Source: Ostreococcus lucimarinus
Lineage: Eukaryota
Reading direction: 5' to 3' (one strand)
NCBI GenBank assembly: GCA_000092065.1
Contig: CP000593.1
DNA length: 64,000 nt
Shown one piece after another: positions 9,676-19,134 of this stretch. The notes under the pieces are model-generated. The model saw nothing but the letters and a program-made list of their open reading frames with translations. It was not told the DNA's origin and ran no database searches. The first letter of the stretch is position 1. Every line of letters begins with the position of its first letter. A program made the position numbers and the translations under genes.

Positions 9676-10413
9676 ATGACCACCCGGCAGTTGACGATCC
9701 AAATCGTCTCCGACGTCGTGTGACCTTGGTGTTACGTCGGCGTGAAGAACCTCGACCGCGCGCGCGCCGCGCTTCGTCCCGACGTCGCGTCCTCCCGGGC
9801 CGTTTGGCGACCATTTCAGCTCGTGAGTTCTCATGATTGGCGGCGAATGGGCGCCGACGTCGCGCGCGCGGGCGTGAACAAGCGCTCGTGGTACAACGAA
9901 CGATTCGGCGCCGATACGGTGGCGACGTTCGAGCCCAGGCTCGCGAGCGCGTTCGCGAAGGCGGGGATCGAGGGCGCGTACACGCTCGACGGCAACACCG
10001 GCGACACGAGACCTGCGCACCGCGTCGCGGCTTACGCCGAGGAAACGCACGGCCCGGCGGCGCAGGACGCCTTCATGCGCGCCATGTTCCACAGATACTT
10101 CATCGAAGCGCTCGCGCCGTGCGACGAAGCCGTGATGAGAGACGCGGCGAGCGCCGCGGGTTTGGACGAAGCGGCGGTTTCCAAAGTGCTCGCCGACGGC
10201 GAGGCGTCGCCGTTCGAGACGGTCGTGGAGGAGCAAATGTCGGCGACGCGCGCGCGCGTTCGCGGCGTGCCGCACTTCATCATCACGTGCGACGGCGACG
10301 GTGCGTCGCGAAAGATTGAGATCGGCGGCGCGCAACCGCCCGAGGCGTTTTTGGACGCGTTCGCCGAGCTTTTGGATTTGGACGCCGACGACGTCGCAGC
10401 GACGAAGTCCTAA
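9676..10413 (+). CDS. DsbA/FrnE-family thioredoxin-fold oxidoreductase with in-frame TGA (9721-9723) at the first position of the CxxC motif; putative selenoprotein (UPWC)
   Basis: Reading from ATG 9676 gives M T T R Q L T I Q I V S D V V [TGA] P W C Y V G V K N L D... The same frame continues into the ORF-track ORF at 9742, whose 'start' is GTG. The pattern I-x-I-x-S-D-x-V-[C]-P-[FW]-C-Y-x-G is the canonical N-terminal active-site motif of DsbA-like/FrnE proteins. The TGA lies precisely at the catalytic Cys position. Downstream, ...VWRPFQL... and ...GVPHFII... match the same family. Confidence 0.7.
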
Positions 10414-10424
10414 AACGACCGGCG

Positions 10425-10480
10425 ACGATAACGTGACCGCGGTGGTTCGTAAACGCGCGCGTCGACGCGCGCGCGAGAGC
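10425..10480 (+). promoter_or_regulatory. Candidate SECIS-like stem-loop in the 3' UTR of the putative selenoprotein gene
   Basis: The sequence is ...gauaacGUGAc cgcggugguucgu AAA cgcgcgcguc GA cgcg... It has a UGA-type quartet (GUGA instead of the commoner AUGA), about 13 nt to an apical AAA, and a 3' GA with CG-rich arms able to pair. This was folded by eye only. Confidence 0.3.
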
Positions 10481-10580
10481 ACCGCGCGATTAATTCCATC
10501 GACACTCGCCGTCGCGGCTCCTGCGCCTCGCCGGCGCCCGCGTCCACACTTCCAGCCTCCTCGCGCGCGCGCGCGTCGTC

Positions 10581-11105
10581 ATGTCCGTCGCGAACGCGCT
10601 CGCATCGACGCAGCGCATCGTCCGTAACCTTCGGAACGTCCCCGTCGCGTCCTCGCGCGCGACGCGCGCGCGCGCGATGCGCGCGACGCGCACAAAGTCG
10701 CTCGCTGAAGAAATCGAGATACAGGGCGTCCATCACGTCGCGGTGATTTGCGACGACCTCGAGCGCTCCATGGCGTTCTACGGCGGATTGCTCGGATTGA
10801 AAATTAACCCCGAGCGTCCGGAGGATAAATTGCCGTACCGCGGGGCGTGGTTGTGGATCGGGCCGGAGATGATTCACTTGATGGAGCTGCCGAACCCCGA
10901 CTGCGCGCACGCCGAGTTTCGTCCGACGCACGGGGGGCGAGATCGACACTTTTGCATCGGAGTGAAACGCATCCAGCCCTTGATCGATGCGTTAGAGCGA
11001 GAAAATATCGCGTACACGGCGAGTAAGTCGGGGAGGCCGGCGATATTCTTTCGGGATCCAGATTGCAACACGCTCGAGGTCGTCGAGGGGCTGGAGTGGC
11101 GTTGA
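10581..11105 (+). CDS. VOC-family (glyoxalase I/lactoylglutathione-lyase-like) protein with an N-terminal targeting-like extension
   Basis: ATG at 10581. Motifs are VHHVAVICDDLERSMAFYGGLLGLK ... HFCIGVKRIQPLIDALERENIAY...PAIFFRDPDCNTLEVVE, the paired beta-alpha-beta-beta-beta modules of glyoxalase/bleomycin-resistance/dioxygenase proteins. Confidence 0.75.
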   Translation: MSVANALASTQRIVRNLRNVPVASSRATRARAMRATRTKSLAEEIEIQGVHHVAVICDDLERSMAFYGGLLGLKINPERPEDKLPYRGAWLWIGPEMIHLMELPNPDCAHAEFRPTHGGRDRHFCIGVKRIQPLIDALERENIAYTASKSGRPAIFFRDPDCNTLEVVEGLEWR

Positions 11106-11220
11106 GCGGCAGACTTTGGCAGGGGGTACGTTAGAGCGTAGGGCGCGAATTATATGTATGCTATAGTAGAAATATTCAAAGAATTTGGTTCGTTTACTAG
11201 GTGCTAACTCGTTGGTTTCA

Positions 11221-12507
11221 CTACTCAACGGACGTCGCGTCGACACCGCAGAGCGTCGTCGGCGGCTTTTCGATAACGTGCCCGGGGCCCCAGAATCCCA
11301 TGCAATCTCCCGCGCACGTCGCGAGCTCGCGCCCGGAGTTGCGACAAAACGCGACGTCACGGCGATCGCACGCACCGCCCGCCTCGCGACGTTTGAGCTC
11401 GGCTTCCATGCGCGTAAAACATTTGCGAAGCGTGCGTCGCTTGTTCGCCGTCGATTTTGGATCCGCGTCGAAGAGCTCCCGCTCCATGCACTTCATGCGT
11501 TCGATCCGCGCCGTCAAGTCCTCTGCCGTTAAATGAGGGACAGCATACATGGAGTATACGCCATCGAGATTGGCGTGGTGCGAACACGTCCACTCGCCGC
11601 GATTCGACGTCGACGTTTGACACCGCTCGCAGAGGACGAGTGGGAATCTGCAGACGACGCAAACTGCGCAGCTTCGAAGCTTTGGTTCACCGTCTCGACA
11701 TCGCTGACAGTTCCACACCTCTCCGTCGCAATCGACCTTCCCGCTCTTTGGCATCACCCCGCGCTTATCGAACGTAAAATTCTTCCCGAGAAACAAACAT
11801 TCCTCGCTCCCGCCGTACGCTTCCAAGTACTCGTGAATGCCGCCTTGTAACTGATAAACTTTCGCGACATCCGGCGCTTTCTTCTCTAAATAAATCGCCG
11901 CTTTCTCACACCGAATGCCTCCGGTGCAATACATGAACACCTCCTTCCCCGAACTCTCTCGCGCCGCCGAATCCAAAAACCGTCCGAGCTCTTGCATGTT
12001 CCTCGCGTCCGGGCATCTCGCGCCTCTAAATTTCCCCACGATGCTCTCGTTTTCGTTCCTCAGATCCAACACCGTCGCCTCGCCGTCGCGCGCCTTCAAC
12101 GCTTCGTGGAACTCTTTCGGGCTCAGGTGCACCACTTTTTCGCGTCGTTCGTGCGCCAATCGCTCGCCCCATCCCACGAGTTCGCGCACCGTCTCGACGC
12201 GCGCGTCGTGGAACACTTGCTCGCTCGCGAGTGACGTCTTGTAAGGCATCGTCTCGCACCCCGGCACGAGCTCGCGGAGCAGCGCCTGGAACATCGGCAG
12301 CGCGCCGGACCGTCGCGATCCGCACGCGGTGCCGTTGACGCCCTCGCGCGCGACCAGCACGCGACCTTTAAAGTGCGCCGCGTGTTCGGCAAAGAAACTT
12401 TTGAGCGTCGACGCCACGGCGTCCGGGCGCTCGATCGCGGTGTAGGCGTAGAAGAGCACGACGTCGTGGACGTCGTCGCCGTCGGGCGCGGCGGCGTCGG
12501 GCGCCAT
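11221..12507 (-). CDS. Rhodanese-domain protein of the UPF0176/TrhO (tRNA U34 hydroxylase, YceA/TSTD2-like) family with a C-terminal Cys-rich extension
   Basis: ATG is the complement of 12505-12507. N-terminal VVLFYAYTAIERPDAV...FKGRVLVAREGVNGT is UPF0176-like. Rhodanese active-site loop is FMYCTGGIRCEKAAIYL. Then CQRCRDGEPKLRSCAVCVVCRFPLVLCERCQ...CSHH. Confidence 0.7.
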   Translation of the reverse strand: MAPDAAAPDGDDVHDVVLFYAYTAIERPDAVASTLKSFFAEHAAHFKGRVLVAREGVNGTACGSRRSGALPMFQALLRELVPGCETMPYKTSLASEQVFHDARVETVRELVGWGERLAHERREKVVHLSPKEFHEALKARDGEATVLDLRNENESIVGKFRGARCPDARNMQELGRFLDSAARESSGKEVFMYCTGGIRCEKAAIYLEKKAPDVAKVYQLQGGIHEYLEAYGGSEECLFLGKNFTFDKRGVMPKSGKVDCDGEVWNCQRCRDGEPKLRSCAVCVVCRFPLVLCERCQTSTSNRGEWTCSHHANLDGVYSMYAVPHLTAEDLTARIERMKCMERELFDADPKSTANKRRTLRKCFTRMEAELKRREAGGACDRRDVAFCRNSGRELATCAGDCMGFWGPGHVIEKPPTTLCGVDATSVE

Positions 12508-12645
12508 CGCGCTGGGCGTCGCGCGAGGCGCGACGCGTTGTACGGCGACGGCGGGCGGCGGCTGCGGGACGGAGGAACGAAGGAGGAACGACTATCGAGC
12601 GCTGGGCGCGTCCCTACAAACAAATGATTCTAACGTCGCGCGCGC

Positions 12646-14511
12646 TCAAAACGTGTGCGAGCTGGTGTCGGTGTTGGGCATGTCGCGGCCTTCGGGAGAT
12701 TTCGTGTACAGACTCTCCTGTAGGTACGTCGCGATGCGCGACGACACGGGCCGAATGTCGGGATCGTTCTTGGCGTCCAACTTTGGAAGAAACTCTCGAT
12801 GGATGAGTTCGAGGACTTTGACGAACTGACCGCGATACGCCGCGTACATGCGAAAGCCGGCGATTTTGAGGAATGAGTCCAGAGCCACCGCGGTGTGGCG
12901 ATTGGGCGGACATCTGTTCAACAGACGCGCGAGCCATCGCCACGCGGCGTCGACGCCGTGTGGGTGATTCGGCGCGTCGACTTGTAAAAACGCGGCGTAA
13001 AAGAGCATGCTACCCGTCATGCGATCGACGTAGGAATCCGTGGTTTCGAACGCCGTGCCTTCATCGTTTTTGACGTACCCCATGAGACTGTAGTATTCGT
13101 CGTCGGTGGCGTAACGTCCCGGAACAAACGGGTAATACTTCGGCACCGCGTTGACGCAAACCTCGTGTATGAGGGCGACGAGCAAGACACCAAACCTCGG
13201 TACGTCGATCGCGATACTCACCGCGACTTCGGCGAGCGCAAACGCGTAGCGATTGAGTTTGGCCACCTGCACGTCGCACTGCGAGAGCATCTTTTTCGCG
13301 ATGCTCATCAACGCGAACGTCTTTTGAGGCTCCTGCAATTGCACCAGCAGCATCATGATGTCTCGACTCTTCTTATTGATTTGCTCCTTCGTCGCCGCGA
13401 TTTGTTGCACGTGCACCACGATGGTGTTCGTGAGTTTCCGGCGTTCCAATTTCGCCGTCGGATGCGACTGATACTCGGCCACCATCGCGCGCGCCTCGAC
13501 GAGCGTCTTGGCCAAGTTCGTTTCCTGCTCCAACGCCTCCGCCGCCGCGGCGACGCGCGGGATTTCTCCCGTGGCTTTACCACTGACGTAATCGCTCGCC
13601 GCCTGCTTGCGCTTCGCTTCCTCTTCGCGCGCCTTTTCCTTCGCCTCTTCCTCCGCTCGCTTCTTCGCCGCCTCGGCGTCCTCCTCCGCCTTTTTCCTCG
13701 CCGCCTCCTCCGCCTCTTGCCGCCGCTTTTCCTCCTCAACTCTCGCGCGCTCCGCCGCTTCCTTCGCCTCCGCATCCGCCGCGACCGCGCGCATGACGAG
13801 CGCGTCCGTCTCCTCTCTCGCCAGTTGCGCCGCCGCCGCGCGCGCCTCCCGCGCCCGTCGCGCGTCGTCGAACAGCGCCTCATCCGCCGCCCGCAACCGC
13901 GCCCCGATCGATTTTACGGTTTCTAAATTCATCGCCAACTCTCGGGTTTCCATCTCTCGCGCCACCGCGAGCTCCAACTCCAACGACGCGATTCGTTTCG
14001 CCGCCGTCGCGCGCGCGCGTTCCCGTCTCGCCCTCGCTCGTTCAAACGCATCCTGTCTCGCTCGTCCGACGGCGATGATCGTCCTCGATCCAATCGCGTT
14101 CGCGACCGTGTCCACGGAGCCATCATCGCTCGATCCATCGCCGTCGGCTTTCGCTCGCGCCTTCGCTCGCGCGTCTTCGTCGTCGTCTTCGTCCTCGTCC
14201 GACGCCTCCGGCGCGCGCACGCGCCTCGCGCGCCACGTACGACGTCCGCGCGCGCCACCGATGACGACCGGCGCGCACACGTCCTCGTCATCGCTCGACG
14301 ACGTCGACGTCGACGCCACGGCGTCGTCGAACGTCAACGTTCTCGACATGCGCGCGATTTCGCGAATCAATTCCCTCGCCTCGTCGTCGTTCGCGCGCGC
14401 TCGCGCGCCGCGCCCCTCGTCGTCGCGCCGCGCGCGCGTCGCGTCGACGTCGACCGCGATTCGCGCGCGCTCGGCGCCGCGCCGCGCGTCGAGGCGTCGT
14501 GTGAGGATCAT
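12646..14511 (-). CDS. Coiled-coil protein with a conserved C-terminal domain, possibly GLE1-like mRNA export factor
   Basis: E/K/R/A-rich coiled coil (RRQEAEEAARKKAEEDAEAAKKRAEEEAKEKAREEEAKRKQ). This is followed by a roughly 300-aa globular C-terminus (..LVALIHEVCVNAVPKYYPF...MLFYAAFLQVD...) whose architecture resembles GLE1. The GLE1 assignment is from memory and is weak. Start is the first plausible ATG (complement of 14509-14511). The ORF-track N-terminal extension is R/P-rich low complexity. Confidence 0.4.
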   Translation of the reverse strand: MILTRRLDARRGAERARIAVDVDATRARRDDEGRGARARANDDEARELIREIARMSRTLTFDDAVASTSTSSSDDEDVCAPVVIGGARGRRTWRARRVRAPEASDEDEDDDEDARAKARAKADGDGSSDDGSVDTVANAIGSRTIIAVGRARQDAFERARARRERARATAAKRIASLELELAVAREMETRELAMNLETVKSIGARLRAADEALFDDARRAREARAAAAQLAREETDALVMRAVAADAEAKEAAERARVEEEKRRQEAEEAARKKAEEDAEAAKKRAEEEAKEKAREEEAKRKQAASDYVSGKATGEIPRVAAAAEALEQETNLAKTLVEARAMVAEYQSHPTAKLERRKLTNTIVVHVQQIAATKEQINKKSRDIMMLLVQLQEPQKTFALMSIAKKMLSQCDVQVAKLNRYAFALAEVAVSIAIDVPRFGVLLVALIHEVCVNAVPKYYPFVPGRYATDDEYYSLMGYVKNDEGTAFETTDSYVDRMTGSMLFYAAFLQVDAPNHPHGVDAAWRWLARLLNRCPPNRHTAVALDSFLKIAGFRMYAAYRGQFVKVLELIHREFLPKLDAKNDPDIRPVSSRIATYLQESLYTKSPEGRDMPNTDTSSHTF

Positions 14512-14735
14512 TCTGCAAAGATACCGAGGTCGCGTCGTCAGTTTCCGACGCGCGGCGCGCGCTCGCGGCGCCGGACGACGTCTCGCGGCGCGCGCGCGCG
14601 CGCGATCGACGCGCGCGTCCCGTCGCGCGCGCGACGCGGCGGAACGCGCCGGCGCGCGCGCGCGACGCCGCGGAACGCGACCGACCGCTCGCGCGCGTCG
14701 GCGGGTCGTCGCGCGCGCGCGCGACGGTCGACGCC

Positions 14736-17231
14736 ATGGCGGTCGCGCGCGGCGCGCGCGCGGTGATGGCGACGGCGCGCGCGCGATCGGGGACGCGGCG
14801 AGGCGGACGCGCGCGAACGACGCGCGCGGGAGGGGTCGGGACGACGCGCGAGGTCTCGGCGCGGCGGCGCGCGCGCGAGGGAGGGATCTCGCGCGCGATT
14901 CAGGCCGATCACGGCGTGCGAGCGGAATCTGGGGACTCGAACGATGACGCGCGAAGCGCGGCGAGCGTGCGACGGGCGCTGGAGCGCGTGCGTGAGGTTC
15001 GAGATGGGTTGTTGGAGATTGCGGGGGAGGGCGCGTCGAGCGAGACGGAGACGTACGAGAAAAGAGTGGCGTTGATGGACGAACTAGAGATCGTTCGCGC
15101 GTGGGTCGAACGCGGAGGCGCGGTGGTGGCGATGAGCGAGACGATGTCGCCAAGAGAGCGGTATTTGGTGCGCGCGTGCGTGGCGTGCGGGCAGGCGCAC
15201 CTGTTTGACTTTCAAGACGACGACGACGCGGGAGAAGACGCGCTCGAGGGTCGAATCGCGCGTTTGGTCGCGGTGTTGGGCAAAGTAGAAACGTTTTATG
15301 ACATGCTCGGCGGTGTCGTGGGGTATCAGTGCACGGCGCTGGAGCTTTGCTTGGAATACGCCACGGGGGAGCCGGCGATGTTGCACAGCGGGGCGGATTG
15401 CTACGGCGTGGATTGCTACGGCGTTCCGGGAGACGTGGATTTTCACGTCCCCCCGGGCGTTGATCTGAGAGCGAGCGATGGTGCGTTCGCAGCCACGGCT
15501 GCGCGTTGGGGATTGGAAGAGCTTCCGAACATGGCGGAGATTTATCCGCTCGGCGGCGCCGGCGACAGGCTCGGGTTGGTGGACGCCGAAACCGGCGAGA
15601 GCTTGCCCGCAGCGCTCTTGCCGTACAACGGGCGGCCTCTCATCGAAGGCCTCGTCCGCGATTTGACCGCTCGAGAGTGGTTGTACTACAAATTGACTGG
15701 TGAGCACCACAAAACACCGGTGGCGGTCATGACGAGCGCCGCAAAGGGTAACCACAGACGGATCACGGCTTTGCTCAAAGAGAACAACTGGTTCGGTAGA
15801 GGTGAGGAAAACTATCGACTGTTCGAGCAACCACTCGTTCCAGTGATCAGTATGGATGGCGGCCGTTGGGTGAGAGAAGGCTTCTCGCAAATGGCGCTCA
15901 AGCCCGGGGGACACGGCGCCATTTGGAAGCTCATGCACGACGACGGCGTGTTTGATTGGTTGGAGTCTCGCGACCGAACAGGCGGGATCGTGCGCCAAAT
16001 AACGAATCCGATGGCGGGAACGGATACCACACTTCTATCCCTTTCAGGCGTCGGCATTAAGGGCGACAAAGCGCTCGGATTCGCGAGTTGCGAGAGACAC
16101 GTGGGCGCCTCAGAAGGCGTCAACGTGCTCATCGAAAAGAAGAATGCTCTGACGGATGAATTTGTGTACGGCGTGTCCAACATCGAGTACACCGATCTCG
16201 ATCGACTGGGCGTGAGTGATAAAGCGAACGGTGACGGCGGTACGGAAAGTGCGTATCCCGCAAACACGAATGTTTTGTACGTTGGATTGAAGCACATACG
16301 GGACGCGCTCGTCGGTTCGTCTCGCGCGGCGTTTCCGGGCATGTTGATAAACCTCACGAAACCGGTGCTGGCGAACGGCACTAAAGGTGGTCGCCTCGAG
16401 TGCTCGATGCAAAACATCGCGGACGCGCTCATGCGCCGATCGAGCCATCGACTTGGTCCGGAAGATTTCGATAATTTGCCAACGTTTGTCCTGTACACGC
16501 TTCGCCGACGCATCACCAGTAGCGCGAAGAAGAAGCGAGCACCGGAATCGATGAATCTCGCGCAAACCCCCGATGGCTCATTTTTGGATTTACTTCGCAA
16601 CGCGAGCGATCTGCTGAAGCGTTGTAACGTCGCCCACCCACCGCCGGACGATCAACCCTTGGAGGAGTACTTGAGCGACGGACCAGAGTTCATCTACAGC
16701 GCCCTTCCTAGCATCGGCCCGCTTTGGGATGTCGTAGAGCAAAAAATTCAAGGCGGCGAAATCAAGAAAGGCTCAGAAGTGCGCTTAGAGATCGCGGAGA
16801 TTGAATGGCGTGACGTTTCTGTGCAAGGATCACTCTTCGTCGAGTCGTCCTCGCCGTTTGGTACTACTTCAGCCGAGAGCGTGTGCTTTGACGAATCCGC
16901 GTGCGGCCGTTGTCGATTGAACAACGTCGTCGTCTCAAACGCTGGAATCGATTGGAGCGAAGCGTCAAACGTATACTGGAGTAACTTCATCACGCGCCGC
17001 GAGCGTTGCTCCATCGTCGTCGAAGGCAACGGTGAATTCGACGCCAAAGACGTCGCTCTCGAAGGCGACGTGCGTTACGTCGTTCCGACCGGTAAGCGAC
17101 TGATGTTGCGACCGGACGGCGCGGGTGGCGTTCAAGAAACATGGAGCGATATTTCGATGCCATCATGGCGCTGGAAGTATACGTTCGGTGACGACGACCG
17201 CGTCAACGTCGTCATGGAAGAACTGAGTTGA
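14736..17231 (+). CDS. UDPGP-family nucleotidyltransferase (UDP-sugar / UDP-GlcNAc pyrophosphorylase-like)
   Basis: ATG at 14736. Nucleotide-binding loop is PLGGAGDRLGL and the catalytic region is KPGGHGAIWKL, followed by the characteristic C-terminal beta-helix region. This is a family-level call only. There is an Arg/Ala-rich N-terminus that may be a targeting sequence or over-extension. Confidence 0.7.
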   Translation: MAVARGARAVMATARARSGTRRGGRARTTRAGGVGTTREVSARRRAREGGISRAIQADHGVRAESGDSNDDARSAASVRRALERVREVRDGLLEIAGEGASSETETYEKRVALMDELEIVRAWVERGGAVVAMSETMSPRERYLVRACVACGQAHLFDFQDDDDAGEDALEGRIARLVAVLGKVETFYDMLGGVVGYQCTALELCLEYATGEPAMLHSGADCYGVDCYGVPGDVDFHVPPGVDLRASDGAFAATAARWGLEELPNMAEIYPLGGAGDRLGLVDAETGESLPAALLPYNGRPLIEGLVRDLTAREWLYYKLTGEHHKTPVAVMTSAAKGNHRRITALLKENNWFGRGEENYRLFEQPLVPVISMDGGRWVREGFSQMALKPGGHGAIWKLMHDDGVFDWLESRDRTGGIVRQITNPMAGTDTTLLSLSGVGIKGDKALGFASCERHVGASEGVNVLIEKKNALTDEFVYGVSNIEYTDLDRLGVSDKANGDGGTESAYPANTNVLYVGLKHIRDALVGSSRAAFPGMLINLTKPVLANGTKGGRLECSMQNIADALMRRSSHRLGPEDFDNLPTFVLYTLRRRITSSAKKKRAPESMNLAQTPDGSFLDLLRNASDLLKRCNVAHPPPDDQPLEEYLSDGPEFIYSALPSIGPLWDVVEQKIQGGEIKKGSEVRLEIAEIEWRDVSVQGSLFVESSSPFGTTSAESVCFDESACGRCRLNNVVVSNAGIDWSEASNVYWSNFITRRERCSIVVEGNGEFDAKDVALEGDVRYVVPTGKRLMLRPDGAGGVQETWSDISMPSWRWKYTFGDDDRVNVVMEELS

Positions 17232-17372
17232 GGCGTAACGACGCATCAACAACCTCAAGCAATTTGTCTCGCACGCGCAACGCGCACCTCCCTTGCCCAA
17301 TTCAATATGTAAAACGAAAATTTATACATTGACGTCAACGTGCAATAGTGTCTACGTCGTCGTGTTACAAGG

Positions 17373-18236
17373 CTAAGTTTGTACTCGCGGCAAAAACCCC
17401 GGCGGCACGTCGGAATGCGAGGCCTCGACGGCGTTGGAAATGGCCTCCGCCGCGGCGACGATTGGTGATTTTCTACGCTCGCGCGGCGTCATGAACTTTG
17501 ACGCAGGGTCGTCTAGCTCGTCGAAACTTGCGTTGAGCTCGTTCGTCGCCAGCGCCATGGGCACGAAGAGCGCGCGAGCGCTCTTCTCGTCCAAGTATGA
17601 AAATTTTTCTCTTCCGATGGCCGTCGTCAAGCGAGCGTTGATCCCGCGTTTACAGCTTGAAATGCACTTCCCACTGCCTCGACATTTCCACCCACGAGGT
17701 AATTCCGCATTCAACGCGTCGACGATCGCTTCTGAACCGCTTTTGCGGCAATCCTTGCCCGTGCAAATCTCCACGACGGCGATGGGCACCTCTCGCGTGG
17801 CGTCGCCTAAAACCACGGGCGATACGAGCGGACACGCGCCGAGCGTGGCCAGCGCCGTCGGTTGCCGCGTCTCTTTCGTCGCCGTCGTCGAGGACGCGGT
17901 CACGTCGAGCACCGCCAAACCGGCGCCCAAGGCGTCCGCCCTGAGCGTCTCCTCGTAACACTTTTGCGACACCAACTTTCCTAGTTTCGCCTCGAGCGAA
18001 AACTTATGCCTCCTCTTGCCCGAAGGTCCGTTCTTTTTCTCCTTACCCGCCTTGCCCGATTTCTTCATCTTCATCGTGGACTTTGAAGATTTCGCCTTAC
18101 GCTTCGCCTTGCTCGCCTTCCTGACGACGTCCGCCAACGCGTCTCGTAGCTTGTTCGCGTTATCCGCCGCCTTTCGCGACGACCTTCGACCGCACGCCGA
18201 ATCGCTCTCACTCGACGACGACGACGACGACGACGA

Positions 18237-18282
<46 letters not shown>

Positions 18283-18737
18283 GAACTCGACCCGCCGCGA
18301 TTCTTCTTCTTCTTCTTCTTCTTCGTCTCGTCCTCGCCCTTCGCCCTCGTCGCCTTCCTCGCCCGCTTCGTCCTCACCCCCTCGTACTGCGTCTCGTGCG
18401 AATCATCCGCGAACCCACCACACGCCTTCCTCGCCCGCGCGCGCGCGTCCCTTCGCGTCTTTCGCCCTCGCTCGCCTCGCGTCGCGCTCGCCCTCGCGCG
18501 TTCGCCCTCGCCCTCGCTCGCCCGCGCCCGCGTCGCGCCCGCGGACCTTCGCGCGTCCCGCGTCTCCCACCGCGTCGTCTCCGCGTCGTCTCCGCGCGCG
18601 CGCGCGCGTTCCGCGTCCCGTCGTCGCCGTCCCGTCGTCGTCGTCGTCGTCGTCGTTCGCGTCCCTCGTCGCGTCGTCGTCGTCCATCGCGCCGTCGCCG
18701 CCGGCGCCGTCCATCGCGACGCCGTCGCCGTCGCCAT
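17373..18737 (-). CDS. Lys/Ser-rich low-complexity protein with a C-terminal Cys cluster (CX4C...CX5CX3C, thioredoxin-like [2Fe-2S]-ferredoxin-like?)
   Basis: ATG is the complement of 18735-18737. It contains a 26-residue poly-Ser run encoded by the (ctg)n microsatellite, and KKKKKK, KAKRKAKSSK tracts. The C-terminal segment is EICTGKDCRKSGSEAIVDALNAEL...CRGSGKCISSCKRG. Gene reality and boundaries are uncertain. Confidence 0.3.
18241..18290. repeat. (CTG)n/(CAG)n trinucleotide microsatellite (about 16 units), followed by a (TTC)n run at about 18300-18325
   Basis: Direct reading gives ctgctgctg... It encodes poly-Ser in the minus-strand ORF. Confidence 0.9.
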
Positions 18738-19134
18738 CGCCGCTCGCGCGCGCGCGTCGCGTCGCGTCGCGGTCCGGCGCGCGGCGTCGACGCGCGCGCC
18801 GGATCGAGTGGATAGCGATCGACGGGTCGCGACCCATCGATGGGGGGGTCATGCCGAATGTCCGAACCACGCGCCATCGTACGCGCGCAAACAGTACGCA
18901 ATGGATAAACGCGTTCGGGTCCGCGATCGGTAATATTTGGATCCTCTGTGTGTGTGTTTATTTTTACCGCGCGACGGCGTGGATGGCATCCATCGCGCGC
19001 GCGCGCGACACACGACGGCGCGCGCGATCGATCGAGACGGTCGAGTCGTTCGCGCGCGCGACGGACGCGAACGCGACGGACGCGACGGGAATCGAACGAA
19101 TCGGCGCGAACGAAGGAAAGGAAAGGAAAGGAAG

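Noticed and set aside
9742-10413. Calling the DsbA-like gene simply as the 223-aa ORF starting at 9742, as the ORF track does.
   Set aside because: The 'start' at 9742 is GTG, and the protein would then lack the catalytic CxxC. The 66 nt upstream in the same frame encode the missing active-site motif, interrupted only by TGA, with a proper ATG at 9676. The longer Sec-containing model is preferred.
12646-15153. Full 835-aa ORF-track extent of the GLE1-like gene, and similarly the N-terminal extensions of ORFs 4817..7471, 21750..25823, 31684..36510, 36350..38065, 56351..58240 and 59700..60926.
   Set aside because: The extensions upstream of the first sensible ATG are R/P/A-rich, overlap neighbouring genes or divergent promoters, and often begin with GTG/TTG. 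I trimmed these CDSs to the first ATG followed by non-degenerate sequence.
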